35,865 nt of DNA, from assembly GCA_017444905.1 (NCBI GenBank), contig JAFSVP010000141.1:1-35865 (forward strand), given 5' to 3'. The notes below the pieces were generated by a model. The model did no database searches. It was given only the letters and a program-made list of their open reading frames with translations, and was not told the origin of the DNA. This document shows positions 8,068 to 16,454 of the stretch, piece after piece. Each line of letters starts with the position of its first letter. Position 1 is the first letter of the stretch. A program made the translations under genes and the position numbers. Origin of the DNA: Bacteroidales bacterium. GTDB lineage: Bacteria; Bacteroidota; Bacteroidia; Bacteroidales; UBA932.

Positions 8068-9238
8068 CGCTTACAATTTTACCGTTGCACAATACATATT
8101 TTATACAGGACGAATCCGCCGAATACACCCAGTTCGACACGAGGTTGTGGCAGGGCGTCATCTTCGGATTCGAAAGGTCAATTATCACTGCGTCGGCAAG
8201 TTTGCCTTCCGAAATCTCTCCGGCGTCGTAGCCGAAGGCTTCAGCTCCGTTGCGGGTGGCCCAGCGGAAGACGAGGTCGGCCGGAAGCAGTGAAGTGTCG
8301 CCCGGGAGCTTTGCCAGCAGGGCGGCGAACTTCATCTCTTCGCGCATGTCGAGATTGTTGTTGGAACTGCAGCCGTCGGTGCCGAGGGTGATGCGCACGC
8401 CGCTCGCTATCGCCAGTTCGTAGGGGAAGCGCCCGCTGCCGAGCTTCATATTGGAGCAGGGGCAGTGGCTGACGGTCACGCCTCTTTCGGCAAGGATGTC
8501 CCATTCCTCGCGGTCGACGTGGATGCAGTGGGCCGCAATCACGTCGGGGCCGAGAAGGCCTATGGAGTCGAGGTAGCGCACAGGCGTAGCACCGAAGTCG
8601 CGCACGCAGTCGGCCACCTCCTTTTGGGTTTCGGAAAGATGGATATGGATGAGCTTCCCGTTCTCGCGGGCGAGGCGGGCCGCAAATTCCAGGGTCTCGC
8701 GCCCGGCGGTATAGACGGAGTGGGGAGCCACCGTAAGCGACACCGAGCCGGCGTCGCGCCAGTTCTCCACCATCCTGCTCTTTTCCTGCCTCAGCACTTT
8801 GGGATGATTGTCCATCATCGTAACTCCGATTGCAGCCCTTATGCCGGCGGCGTTCACTGCAGCCACGGTCTCATCAACGTCGAAATACATATCGTTGAAG
8901 AACACCGTGCCGGTGGCAATCATCTCGCGCACGGCCAGTTCCGAGCCCCGGCGTATGTCGGCGGACGTCATCTTGTCTTCGAAGGGCCAGACATATTCCT
9001 GCAGCCATTTGTGCAGGGGCATATCGTCAGCATAGCCGCGCAGCAGGGTCATCGCGGCGTGCGTGTGGGTGTTGTAGAAAGCTGGAAGTATGGCACAGCC
9101 GGAAGCGTCCACGACGCGCTCCGCTTCGGCACCGTCCGCCGCGTCAAGGCACACGAAACGCCCGTCCTGCACCAGCAGGTTGCGTTTCCTGCCGTCCAGC
9201 ACCACATTACGAATAAGTAAACTGTCGGTTTTCATCAT
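8054..9238 (-). CDS. mtaD: Amidohydrolase, 5'-methylthioadenosine/S-adenosylhomocysteine deaminase-like
   Basis: NTHTHAAM..LRGYADD, APHS.Y, HIHLSET, AHC, CPCSNMKL and GTDGCSSNNNLD. Exact substrate uncertain. Confidence 0.8.
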   Translation of the reverse strand: MMKTDSLLIRNVVLDGRKRNLLVQDGRFVCLDAADGAEAERVVDASGCAILPAFYNTHTHAAMTLLRGYADDMPLHKWLQEYVWPFEDKMTSADIRRGSELAVREMIATGTVFFNDMYFDVDETVAAVNAAGIRAAIGVTMMDNHPKVLRQEKSRMVENWRDAGSVSLTVAPHSVYTAGRETLEFAARLARENGKLIHIHLSETQKEVADCVRDFGATPVRYLDSIGLLGPDVIAAHCIHVDREEWDILAERGVTVSHCPCSNMKLGSGRFPYELAIASGVRITLGTDGCSSNNNLDMREEMKFAALLAKLPGDTSLLPADLVFRWATRNGAEAFGYDAGEISEGKLADAVIIDLSNPKMTPCHNLVSNWVYSADSSCIKYVLCNGKIVSDDGR

Positions 9239-10326
9239 CTGTAATTCTCATATTCCGGAAGGGCCAGCTCCGAGAACAGGTCCTTCAGGCTCTTTTCGTC
9301 GCGGGGGCAAATCATCAGCACGTCGTCGATATCGAGCACGATGAAGTCCTTCAACCCCTTGACTGCTATCAATTTATCTTTGCGGGTAGATACCACGAGC
9401 GTCCCGCTGTTCTCGCGAAGAAGCCCTTTCCCGCTGATTCTTATGGCGTTGCCGTCAGTTCCGAGGGCGGCCAGATACTCGTAGAGCGAATCCCAGTTGC
9501 CAAGGTCCGACCAGGTGAAGCGGGCCGGATATGCCATCACGGCGTCGGACTTCTCCATCACCGCGTAGTCGATGGCCATACGGGGCATGTCGGGATAAAT
9601 CTTTTCGAGCCAGCCCGACTCCGAAGGCGAGCCTATCATAGAGCGCCAGTCTTTCCACATTACAGTGATTTCGGGAGCATAACGCTCCAGCTGGGCGGCC
9701 GCTACGGCTGCACGCCAGATAAAGATGCCGGTGTTCCACATGAATTCGCCGCTCTCGATAAAAACTTCCGCGAGCTCGCGGCTGGGCTTTTCGGTGAAGG
9801 TCTTCACCCGCACGGGGCCGCCGTCGCCGCCGGGCCTTTCAATCTGGATGTATCCGAAATTGGGGTCGGGCCTTCGGGGCATCACGCCGAGAGTAATCAT
9901 CACCGGATGGGCGGAAGCGTAAGCGAGGGCGTCGAGGGCTGTGGAACGGAAAAGGTCGGCGTCGCGTATCACCTGGTCGGCGGGCAGGACCAGCACCACG
10001 GCATCGGGGTCACGCTTCAGGATGGTATAGGAGGAATATGCGATGCAGGGGGCCGTATTGCGGTTGTACGGCTCCAGCAGCAGGTTGCGCTCCTCCAGCT
10101 CAGGGATGGCGCTGAGAACGCGGCTCCTGTACCTTGTCTGCGAAACCACGAGTATGTTCTCGGGCGGGATGAGGCCGCTCACGCGGTCGTAGGCGAGCCT
10201 GAGAAACGATTTGCCGGTAGTGGAAATCTCCAGGAACTGCTTCGGCCTCGACTGACGGCTCAGGGGCCAGAAGCGGGAGCCCACGCCGCCGGCCATAATT
10301 ACGCAGTAATGGTGCGGATTGGTCAT
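9235..10326 (-). CDS. manC: Mannose-1-phosphate guanylyltransferase
   Basis: MAGGVGSRFWPLSR..PKQF, EPYNRNTAPCI, FTEKP, IDYAVMEK and WSDLGNW. Confidence 0.93.
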   Translation of the reverse strand: MTNPHHYCVIMAGGVGSRFWPLSRQSRPKQFLEISTTGKSFLRLAYDRVSGLIPPENILVVSQTRYRSRVLSAIPELEERNLLLEPYNRNTAPCIAYSSYTILKRDPDAVVLVLPADQVIRDADLFRSTALDALAYASAHPVMITLGVMPRRPDPNFGYIQIERPGGDGGPVRVKTFTEKPSRELAEVFIESGEFMWNTGIFIWRAAVAAAQLERYAPEITVMWKDWRSMIGSPSESGWLEKIYPDMPRMAIDYAVMEKSDAVMAYPARFTWSDLGNWDSLYEYLAALGTDGNAIRISGKGLLRENSGTLVVSTRKDKLIAVKGLKDFIVLDIDDVLMICPRDEKSLKDLFSELALPEYENYR

Positions 10327-12794
10327 TCCAGTGTCACTATGGTTACGCCGGAGCCGCCGGTCCTCACGTCCTCGTCCCTGACGAGAGCGACTCCCGGAAC
10401 GGTCCGGAGGTATTTCTGTATTTCTTCGTGAAGCACGCCGGTGCCCTTGCCGTGGATTATGCGCACTTCACCGATATTCAGCATCAGAGCGTCGTCGATA
10501 TAATGCATCACCGCGTCGAGGGCGTCGGCAAGACGCTCGCCCCGAAGGTCTATCTCGGGTTTGAAATTGAGCTTGCGCGCAGTGATGGAGGCGTCTTCGC
10601 GCACGGAGGTCTGACCGAAAGACTTGCGGTACTGCTCACGGTACTCGTTGGACGATATCCTCTCCAGCGTATCGGCCTTCATAGTGCTGGAGATGCTCCC
10701 GACGCTTATGGTAACGGTCTTGCCGCTCACCCTCGTAACCTCGCCCACGAGACCGTTGCTGAGCACCCGCACCTTCTCTCCCACCTTCAGGGGCTCCTGA
10801 CGCTGAGCCTCAACCTTCTGCCCGGCAGGGGCCTTGCGCCGGCGTTTTTCAAGCTGCGACAGCTTGCGGTCGAGATACTCGTCTCGAGCCTTCTGCTGGC
10901 GCGACTTGTGCTCCTGGAGCGCTCCGATGAAGCCCTGGAGCTCGGCGCGTGCAGCCTTCGTCTCCTCCTTGCCGGCCTGGGCTTCCTTGATGTCGCGTAT
11001 GGTCTTTTCCACCTGCGCACCTGCGCCCTTCACGATTTCTTCAGCTTGGCGGCGCGCCTCTTCGAGAATGGCCCTGCGCTGGTTGCGTATGTCTTCAAGC
11101 TCCTGCTGGTACTTCTCGGTTAGGCCTTCGAGCGTCTTGTCGGTGTGGCGTATCTTCTGCAGGCGCTCGTCGAGCTGGCGGCGGTTGCGGGCAATCTTGC
11201 GCAGGTTGCGCTCCATCCCCACGTATTCCCCGCCGGCACGGGCCTCGGCGTCTTTGACAATGCTCTCGGGCAGGCGCATCTTCCTTGCAAGCTCGAAGGC
11301 GAAGGAGTTGCCCGGAAGGCCCGTTTCGAGGGCGAAAAGCGGCTCTATCTTCGAGCTGTCGTAGAGCATCGCCCCGTTCACAACGCCGCCGGAGCCAGAC
11401 GCCGCATACAGCTTGAGGTTGGTGTAGTGGGTGGTTATCACGCCCCAAACGCCCCTGCGGTCCATCTCGGCAAGGATGGCTTCGGCTATGGCGCCGCCTG
11501 CAGCAGGCTCGGTGCCCGAACCCATCTCGTCTATCAGAATGAGGGTGTGCGGGCCGGCCTCGTCAAGCATCTCCCTCATATCGGAGAGGAAGGAGCTGTA
11601 TGTGCTGAGGTCGTTCTCCAGCGACTGGTCGTCTCCGATGCTGACGGCTATGCGTTCGAACACCGGCAGTTCGGAAGTTTCGGAAGTGGGTATCAGCATC
11701 CCCCACTGGAACATATACTGAAGCAGGCCTACTGTCTTGAGGCACACGGACTTGCCTCCCGCATTGGGGCCGGAGACAAGAAGTATTCTGCCCTTCCCGT
11801 CAAGGGTGACGGTGAGCGGTACCATCTGCCTGCCCTCGCGCTTGAGCGCCCTCTCCAGCAGGGGGTGGCGCGCCTTGCGCAGGCTCAGCGTACCGTCGGA
11901 GGAGATTACCGGCATCCCGGCTATGAAATCGAGAGCCGTGTGAGCCTTGGCCATAAGGAAGTCGATTTCTCCGAGGAATTCCGCACCGCGGATGATATCG
12001 GGAACGTAGGGCCGTGCGAAGTCGCTGAACTCGCGGAGGATGCGCGAGATTTCCCTCGTCTGGGCGAAATGCAGGTCGGCAAGCTCGTTTTCGATTTCCA
12101 GAATCTCGGCAGGCTCCACGTAAGTGGTTTTACCCGAGGCGGATTCGTCGTAAATGAAGCCCCTCAGCTTGCGCTTGGAGGCCGTGCTCACCGGGATGAG
12201 AAACTTGCCGTCACGCATGGTCACGGCTGCGTCGGCATCGACTATCCCCTCCTGCTGCGCTTGCTTCAATATGGCCTCGGCCCTCTTCGAAATGGCCGAT
12301 TCGCGCTCACGGATACGGAGGCGGATATCGGCCAGCTCGGGCGATGCGGAATCTTTCACGTCTCCGTACTTGTCGAGTATCAGGTCAATCCTGCGGAGTA
12401 CTTCGGGGAAGCAGTCTATCGGGGCCGCCAAGGCCTTGAGATTGGGATATATGCCGTCTTTCACCCCGGAAAGGAAGCGGGTCACGCGCCTCACGGTGTC
12501 GAGCAGCGTGCGGAGGCGCCCAAGCGAAAGGACGTCGAGACTGGAGCCTTCTTTCAGGAGCGGACGCAGGAAGGGCAGGCCGTCTATGTAGCCGGAAGTG
12601 GGGAAACTCTCTTCGAAGAGCAGCACGAGGCGCATTTCTTCAGTCAGGAGCAGGCGTCTGCGGATAGTCTGCTCCGAGTTGGAGAATTTCTCGGAGGCCA
12701 CCCTTTCCGCCGCATAATCGGTCATGCAGCGGTCTGAAATGATGGCCCGGACCTTGTCAAAGCCCAGTTTCGCTTCCAGTCTGTCGGCCGTCAT
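10323..12794 (-). CDS. mutS2: MutS2 family ATPase/endonuclease with C-terminal Smr domain
   Basis: GPNAGGKS, IGDDQS..NDLSTYSS, DEMGSGTEP, TTHY, coiled coil, IDLRG and IIHGKGTG. Confidence 0.96.
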   Translation of the reverse strand: MTADRLEAKLGFDKVRAIISDRCMTDYAAERVASEKFSNSEQTIRRRLLLTEEMRLVLLFEESFPTSGYIDGLPFLRPLLKEGSSLDVLSLGRLRTLLDTVRRVTRFLSGVKDGIYPNLKALAAPIDCFPEVLRRIDLILDKYGDVKDSASPELADIRLRIRERESAISKRAEAILKQAQQEGIVDADAAVTMRDGKFLIPVSTASKRKLRGFIYDESASGKTTYVEPAEILEIENELADLHFAQTREISRILREFSDFARPYVPDIIRGAEFLGEIDFLMAKAHTALDFIAGMPVISSDGTLSLRKARHPLLERALKREGRQMVPLTVTLDGKGRILLVSGPNAGGKSVCLKTVGLLQYMFQWGMLIPTSETSELPVFERIAVSIGDDQSLENDLSTYSSFLSDMREMLDEAGPHTLILIDEMGSGTEPAAGGAIAEAILAEMDRRGVWGVITTHYTNLKLYAASGSGGVVNGAMLYDSSKIEPLFALETGLPGNSFAFELARKMRLPESIVKDAEARAGGEYVGMERNLRKIARNRRQLDERLQKIRHTDKTLEGLTEKYQQELEDIRNQRRAILEEARRQAEEIVKGAGAQVEKTIRDIKEAQAGKEETKAARAELQGFIGALQEHKSRQQKARDEYLDRKLSQLEKRRRKAPAGQKVEAQRQEPLKVGEKVRVLSNGLVGEVTRVSGKTVTISVGSISSTMKADTLERISSNEYREQYRKSFGQTSVREDASITARKLNFKPEIDLRGERLADALDAVMHYIDDALMLNIGEVRIIHGKGTGVLHEEIQKYLRTVPGVALVRDEDVRTGGSGVTIVTLE

Positions 12795-13561
12795 TGCTCC
12801 TGAAGTTTAAGTTTGAGGGCGTTCATCGATTCGATGCGGGTCATGGTTCCCGCACGGAAGAAGCTCACGTGCCCCGTTTCTTCCGAGACCACTATGACGT
12901 CGGCGTCGCACTGCTCCGAGAGGCCCGTAGCCGCCTTGTGGCGCATGCCGAAGGAGGCCGGAAGGTCAAGCCTTTCGGAAATCGGAAGGGTGCAGCGCAC
13001 AGCAACTATACGGTTGCCGCCGATAATCATCGCCCCGTCGTGCAGGGGGGAGTTCTTAAAAAAGATGTTCCTTATGAGGCGCTCGCTTATGGCCGCGTCT
13101 ATGCTGTCGCCAGTGGCGGTGACGCTCTCCAGATTGTCCTTGCGCCTTATCACTATGAGGGCGCCCGTCTTCGAGTCCGACATCGACGACACGGCCTGTG
13201 CGATTTCATATACGGCGGAGGACTCGAGGCCCTCGGCCTGACGGCGGCGCAAGAGCTTGCGGAACAGCGTGTTATTGCCGGCCGTCCGCCCCATATTATT
13301 GAGGAAACGGCGGATTTCAGGCTGGAAGATGATTATTATCGCAAGCGCTCCCACGTCGAGTATGGCGCCCAGCATTGCGGAGGTCATTCGCATATTGAGG
13401 GCTATCGCCACCACCCTCACCACCAGCAGAAGGATGATGGAGATGAAGATATTCATCGCCGACGAGCCTCGTATCCAGCGGTAGATTGCAAAAATCACCG
13501 CCGCCACCAGCAGGATGTCGATCAGGTCGACGAAATGGAAGTTCAATAATTCGAATAACAT
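12791..13561 (-). CDS. cdaA: Membrane diadenylate cyclase (DisA_N/DAC domain)
   Basis: Three N-terminal TM segments, FQPEIR, PLHDGA, GMRHKAA and VSEETG. Confidence 0.93.
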   Translation of the reverse strand: MLFELLNFHFVDLIDILLVAAVIFAIYRWIRGSSAMNIFISIILLLVVRVVAIALNMRMTSAMLGAILDVGALAIIIIFQPEIRRFLNNMGRTAGNNTLFRKLLRRRQAEGLESSAVYEIAQAVSSMSDSKTGALIVIRRKDNLESVTATGDSIDAAISERLIRNIFFKNSPLHDGAMIIGGNRIVAVRCTLPISERLDLPASFGMRHKAATGLSEQCDADVIVVSEETGHVSFFRAGTMTRIESMNALKLKLQEQ

Positions 13562-13571
13562 ATACAGACTA

Positions 13572-13601
13572 CAAATATATTCAAAATCTTTCGTATTTTT
13601 G
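13572..13601. promoter_or_regulatory. Back-to-back Bacteroidota -7 promoter elements for cdaA and murA
   Basis: TATATTTG on the minus strand (13572-13579) and TATTTTTG on the plus strand (13594-13601) within a 44-bp intergenic gap. Confidence 0.75.
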
Positions 13602-13605
13602 CCTT

Positions 13606-14916
13606 ATGAGTTCCTTTGTAGTCGAAGGCGGCCGCAAGCTGCACGGAAACATTACACCACAGGGCGCCAAGAACGAGGCGCTGGAGGTCCTGAGCGCAGT
13701 TCTTCTGTCGAGGGAGGACGTAACAATCAGTAATATCCCCGACATTCTCGACATCCGCAACCTCATCTCCCTGCTCGAAGGCATGGGGGTTAAGGTGACT
13801 CGCGGCGTCAAGGGCGAATACACTTTCAACTCCGCTAATATCAACGAGTTCTACATAGCCAGCGCGGAGTTCGTCGAAAAGTGCGCGAAGCTCCGCGGCT
13901 CCGTTATGGTCGTAGGCCCGCTGCTCGCCCGCTTCGGCAAGGCCTATTTCCCCAAGCCCGGGGGCGACAAAATCGGACGCCGCAGGGTTGACACCCACAT
14001 CGACGGATTCATGAATCTCGGCGCCGACTGCTCCTACGACACCACCCGCAGGGCCTACAAGCTCCAGGCTCCCCCGGAGGGGCTTAGCGGCTGCTATATG
14101 CTGCTCGATGAGGCCTCCGTCACCGGCACGGCCAACATCGTCATGGCGGCCACCCTGGCAAAGGGCGTCACCACCATCTACAACGCCGCCTGCGAGCCCT
14201 ATGTCCAGCAGCTCTGCCGTATGCTTACGGCAATGGGTGCAAAGATTGACGGCATAGGTTCCAACCTCCTCACAATCACCGGAGTAGAGAGCCTGCACGG
14301 GGCTACCCACAAGGTACTTCCCGATATGATTGAAGTCGGCTCCTTCATAGGGATGGCGGCCATCAACAGCAGCGAAATCACCATCAAGAACGTCCGCTAC
14401 GACCAGCTGGGCATCATCCCCGACAGCTTCCGGCGCCTCGGCATCAGGCTGGAGCAGAGGGGCGACGATATCTTCGTCCCCGCCCAGGAAAGCTATGTGA
14501 TAGAATCTTTCATCGACGGCTCCATAATGACGCTCGCAGACGCTCCCTGGCCCGGGCTCACCCCCGACCTCCTGTCGGTGATGCTCGTTACCGCAGTGCA
14601 GTGCAGGGGCAGCGTGCTCATACACCAGAAGATGTTCGAAAGCCGCCTCTTCTTCGTTGACAAACTGATAGATATGGGTGCCCAGATAATCCTCTGCGAC
14701 CCCCACAGGGCCGTGGTCATAGGCCACGACCACCGCATGCAGCTGCGGGCAGGCAGGATGACCTCCCCCGACATCAGAGCCGGTATAGCGATGCTCCTGG
14801 CGGCAATGTCTGCCAAGGGCACTTCCGTCATCGACAATATCGAACAGATAGACCGCGGCTACGAAGATATCGACGGCCGCCTCAACGCGCTGGGCGCTTC
14901 TATTACAAGGATTTAA
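13606..14916 (+). CDS. murA: UDP-N-acetylglucosamine 1-carboxyvinyltransferase
   Basis: GAKN, PGGDKIGRR, SVTGTAN, NAACEP, PDMIE and PDIRAG..IDRGYE. ATG at 13606 follows the promoter. Confidence 0.96.
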   Translation: MSSFVVEGGRKLHGNITPQGAKNEALEVLSAVLLSREDVTISNIPDILDIRNLISLLEGMGVKVTRGVKGEYTFNSANINEFYIASAEFVEKCAKLRGSVMVVGPLLARFGKAYFPKPGGDKIGRRRVDTHIDGFMNLGADCSYDTTRRAYKLQAPPEGLSGCYMLLDEASVTGTANIVMAATLAKGVTTIYNAACEPYVQQLCRMLTAMGAKIDGIGSNLLTITGVESLHGATHKVLPDMIEVGSFIGMAAINSSEITIKNVRYDQLGIIPDSFRRLGIRLEQRGDDIFVPAQESYVIESFIDGSIMTLADAPWPGLTPDLLSVMLVTAVQCRGSVLIHQKMFESRLFFVDKLIDMGAQIILCDPHRAVVIGHDHRMQLRAGRMTSPDIRAGIAMLLAAMSAKGTSVIDNIEQIDRGYEDIDGRLNALGASITRI

Positions 14917-15781
14917 GAGCATCCGCGAGCTGCACGCGCACCGCTTCCGAAGCCGGAACCAGCGGCAGGCGCATAGCGTCGGAGCATAGCCCCAGAGAAG
15001 CGAGCGCGGCCTTCACCGGAATAGGATTTGGCTCGGCAAAACAGGCCTTATAGAGCGGCCTGAGAGCATTGTCAAGAGCTTCAGCCTCTTCGAGCCTGCC
15101 TTCCAGGGCGGCCCGGGTCATTGCAGCCATCTTGTCAGGAACGAGATTCGACACTACGGATATGACTCCCTGTCCGCCGGCCTTCGTCATTTCGAGTGTC
15201 AGGGCGTCGTCGCCGCTGAGGACGGCGAAGTCGGACGGCGCTCCGGCGATGATTTCCTGCGCCTGTTCGAGCTTGCCGGATGCCTCCTTTATGCCTATGA
15301 TGCCGGGCACCTCGCGGGCAAGCCTGAGGCAAGTTTCAGGGAGCATGTTCACTCCGGTGCGGCCCGGGACGTTGTAAACCACGATGGGCTTTGTGCTGCG
15401 GGAGGCGATTTCCTTGAAATAGCGGAACTGGCCCTCCTGGGTGGGCTTGTTGTAGAAGGGTACCACCACGAGCCAGGCATCGGCGGCCGAGCCTTCGAGC
15501 ATAGCCATCCTGGCCAGCGTCGTGCTCACCGAGTTGCTGCCGCAGCCCACGAGAAGGGGCTTTCCGGCGGCGTGGTCGGCGGTAATTTCCAGCAGCGATA
15601 CCATTTCAATGGGGTCGAGGGCAGGGGTTTCGGCAGTGGTGCCAAGCGGCACGAGAAAATCAACACCGCCGCTCACCTGACGGTCCACCAGTGCGGCATA
15701 GGCCTCGTAATCAACCTCCCCGTCTTCCAGGAACGGAGTCACAAGGGCCGTCCCGCAACCTTTCAGTTCAAGCTGTTTCAT
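14903..15781 (-). CDS. dapA: 4-hydroxy-tetrahydrodipicolinate synthase
   Basis: ALVTPF, LGTTAE, PFYNKP, YNVPGRTG, GIKEASG, SGDD and PNPIPVK. Confidence 0.96.
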   Translation of the reverse strand: MKQLELKGCGTALVTPFLEDGEVDYEAYAALVDRQVSGGVDFLVPLGTTAETPALDPIEMVSLLEITADHAAGKPLLVGCGSNSVSTTLARMAMLEGSAADAWLVVVPFYNKPTQEGQFRYFKEIASRSTKPIVVYNVPGRTGVNMLPETCLRLAREVPGIIGIKEASGKLEQAQEIIAGAPSDFAVLSGDDALTLEMTKAGGQGVISVVSNLVPDKMAAMTRAALEGRLEEAEALDNALRPLYKACFAEPNPIPVKAALASLGLCSDAMRLPLVPASEAVRVQLADALKSL

Positions 15782-16449
15782 ATCTTGCCAAGCAGTATTT
15801 CCTTGAATGTATGCACTCCCTTGAGGCCTTCGGTCATAAGCGCGGCCTCAACGGCACCTTCGGCGAAGCCCTCGCGGGAGAAGGCCTCGTGCGAGATTTT
15901 AATCTTGTCCACCTCCGACTTGAACTTCACGGTATGAGTGCCGGGCACCTCGCCCTGGCGGACGGAGGTAATGTCGGGCCTGAGGCCCAGATGCGACTCC
16001 ACGGCGGAAGCCATCGTAATGGCCGTGCCGCTCGGAGCATCGAGCTTGTGGACGTGGTGGATTTCCTCGATATGAGGCACGTAGCCGTGCCCGCGGAGTA
16101 CGTCGGAAAGCTTTTCCAGCGCGGCCAGCGTGGCGTTCACGCCGATGGAATAGTTCGAGGAATAAATCATCGGGGTGCCTGCGGCGTAGAATTCCGCCGC
16201 CACCTCGCCGAGGATGTCGTTCCATCCGGTGGTTCCGACCACCACGGCCTTGAAGTGATGCGCGAGCCATTTGTAGTTGGCCCTGAACGCCTCGGGGGTG
16301 GTAAAATCGATGCACACGCACTCCGAGGCCAGGGCAGGGTCGGTGGCGCACACGTCTTCGGTGGCGAGGGCGAGGGTGAGGCCGCGCCTCAGCACCACTC
16401 CTTCTATCATCCGGCCCATACGGCCGTATCCGCTTATGACTATCTTCAT
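15778..16449 (-). CDS. dapB: 4-hydroxy-tetrahydrodipicolinate reductase
   Basis: GYGRMG, IDFT, VGTTGW, SNYSIGVN and EIHHVHKLDAPSGTA. Confidence 0.96.
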   Translation of the reverse strand: MKIVISGYGRMGRMIEGVVLRRGLTLALATEDVCATDPALASECVCIDFTTPEAFRANYKWLAHHFKAVVVGTTGWNDILGEVAAEFYAAGTPMIYSSNYSIGVNATLAALEKLSDVLRGHGYVPHIEEIHHVHKLDAPSGTAITMASAVESHLGLRPDITSVRQGEVPGTHTVKFKSEVDKIKISHEAFSREGFAEGAVEAALMTEGLKGVHTFKEILLGKI

Positions 16450-16454
16450 TGTGC

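Noticed and set aside
11145-12737. Long antisense ORFs (530 aa here; also 13543-14922, 16449-18011, 18820-19881, 25236-26375 and others)
   Set aside because: Shadow ORFs opposite well-supported genes in GC-rich DNA, with no recognisable motifs.
14903-14916. Convergent 14-bp overlap of murA and dapA
   Set aside because: Short 3' overlaps are common in compact genomes, and nothing further suggests a function.
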